Assembly: GCA_964270895.1 (NCBI GenBank)
Contig: OZ185443.1
DNA length: 64,000 nucleotides
DNA from: Podarcis filfolensis
Lineage: Eukaryota
Direction: 5' to 3' (one strand)
The notes under the pieces are model-generated. The model was not told the DNA's origin. It ran no database searches and saw only the letters and a program-made list of their open reading frames with translations. Both the position numbers and the translations under genes were made by a program. Shown one piece after another: positions 63,881 through 64,000 of the stretch. Position 1 is the first letter of the stretch, and every line of letters starts with the position of its first letter.

Positions 63881-64000
63881 AGGGAAGTTTTTAATATCTG
63901 GTGTTTTATTCTGTTTTTAATCTGTTGGGAGTCGCCCAGAGTGGCTGGGCAAACCCAGCCTTATGGTCGGAGTATAAATTATAATAATAATAATAATAAT
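63881..64000 (+). mobile_element. L2 3' end with (TAA)n tail, running off the window
   Basis: GGGAAGTTTTTAAT...CGCCCAGAGTGGCTGGGCAAACCCAGCC...TATAAATTATAATAAT. Confidence 0.8.

Noticed and set aside
51180-64000. Exons of a neighbouring gene such as MAD2L1, or an endogenous viral element
   Set aside because: No ORF or exon-sized translation resembled MAD2 or any viral protein I recognise; a six-frame BLASTX would be the definitive test.

Overview
This is vertebrate, intron-rich genomic DNA from a squamate reptile, as indicated by Sauria-type and Squam3-like SINEs. The + strand carries the last eight coding exons of PRDM5 (equivalent to human exons 9-16): 2053-2137, 3732-3889, 15471-15564, 18455-18615, 21246-21339, 34398-34483, 41374-41478 and 51015-51179. 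All introns are GT-AG. The exons join in frame to 948 nt (315 aa plus stop) encoding 11 C2H2 zinc fingers; the PR/SET domain lies upstream of the window. The rest is intron, 3' UTR and downstream DNA rich in transposon remnants: Tigger/pogo-like, hAT and Harbinger-like MITEs, L2, CR1 and RTEX-like LINE ends, several SINE families, one clean solo LTR and one LTR-like element. Almost all ORF-track entries are spurious or TE-derived. I found no convincing evidence of a wholly new biological system. The best leads are: (1) a candidate alternative exon 0.6 kb after exon 13 with tandem acceptors; (2) exon phasing that allows seamless removal of three-finger blocks; (3) a CpG-rich sense-strand solo LTR with a polyA signal in intron 14; (4) a long fold-back element just after exon 15; (5) nested or chimeric transposons; (6) motif- and CpG-rich non-repeat blocks that look like enhancers. 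Family names and conservation statements come from recall, not database searches.
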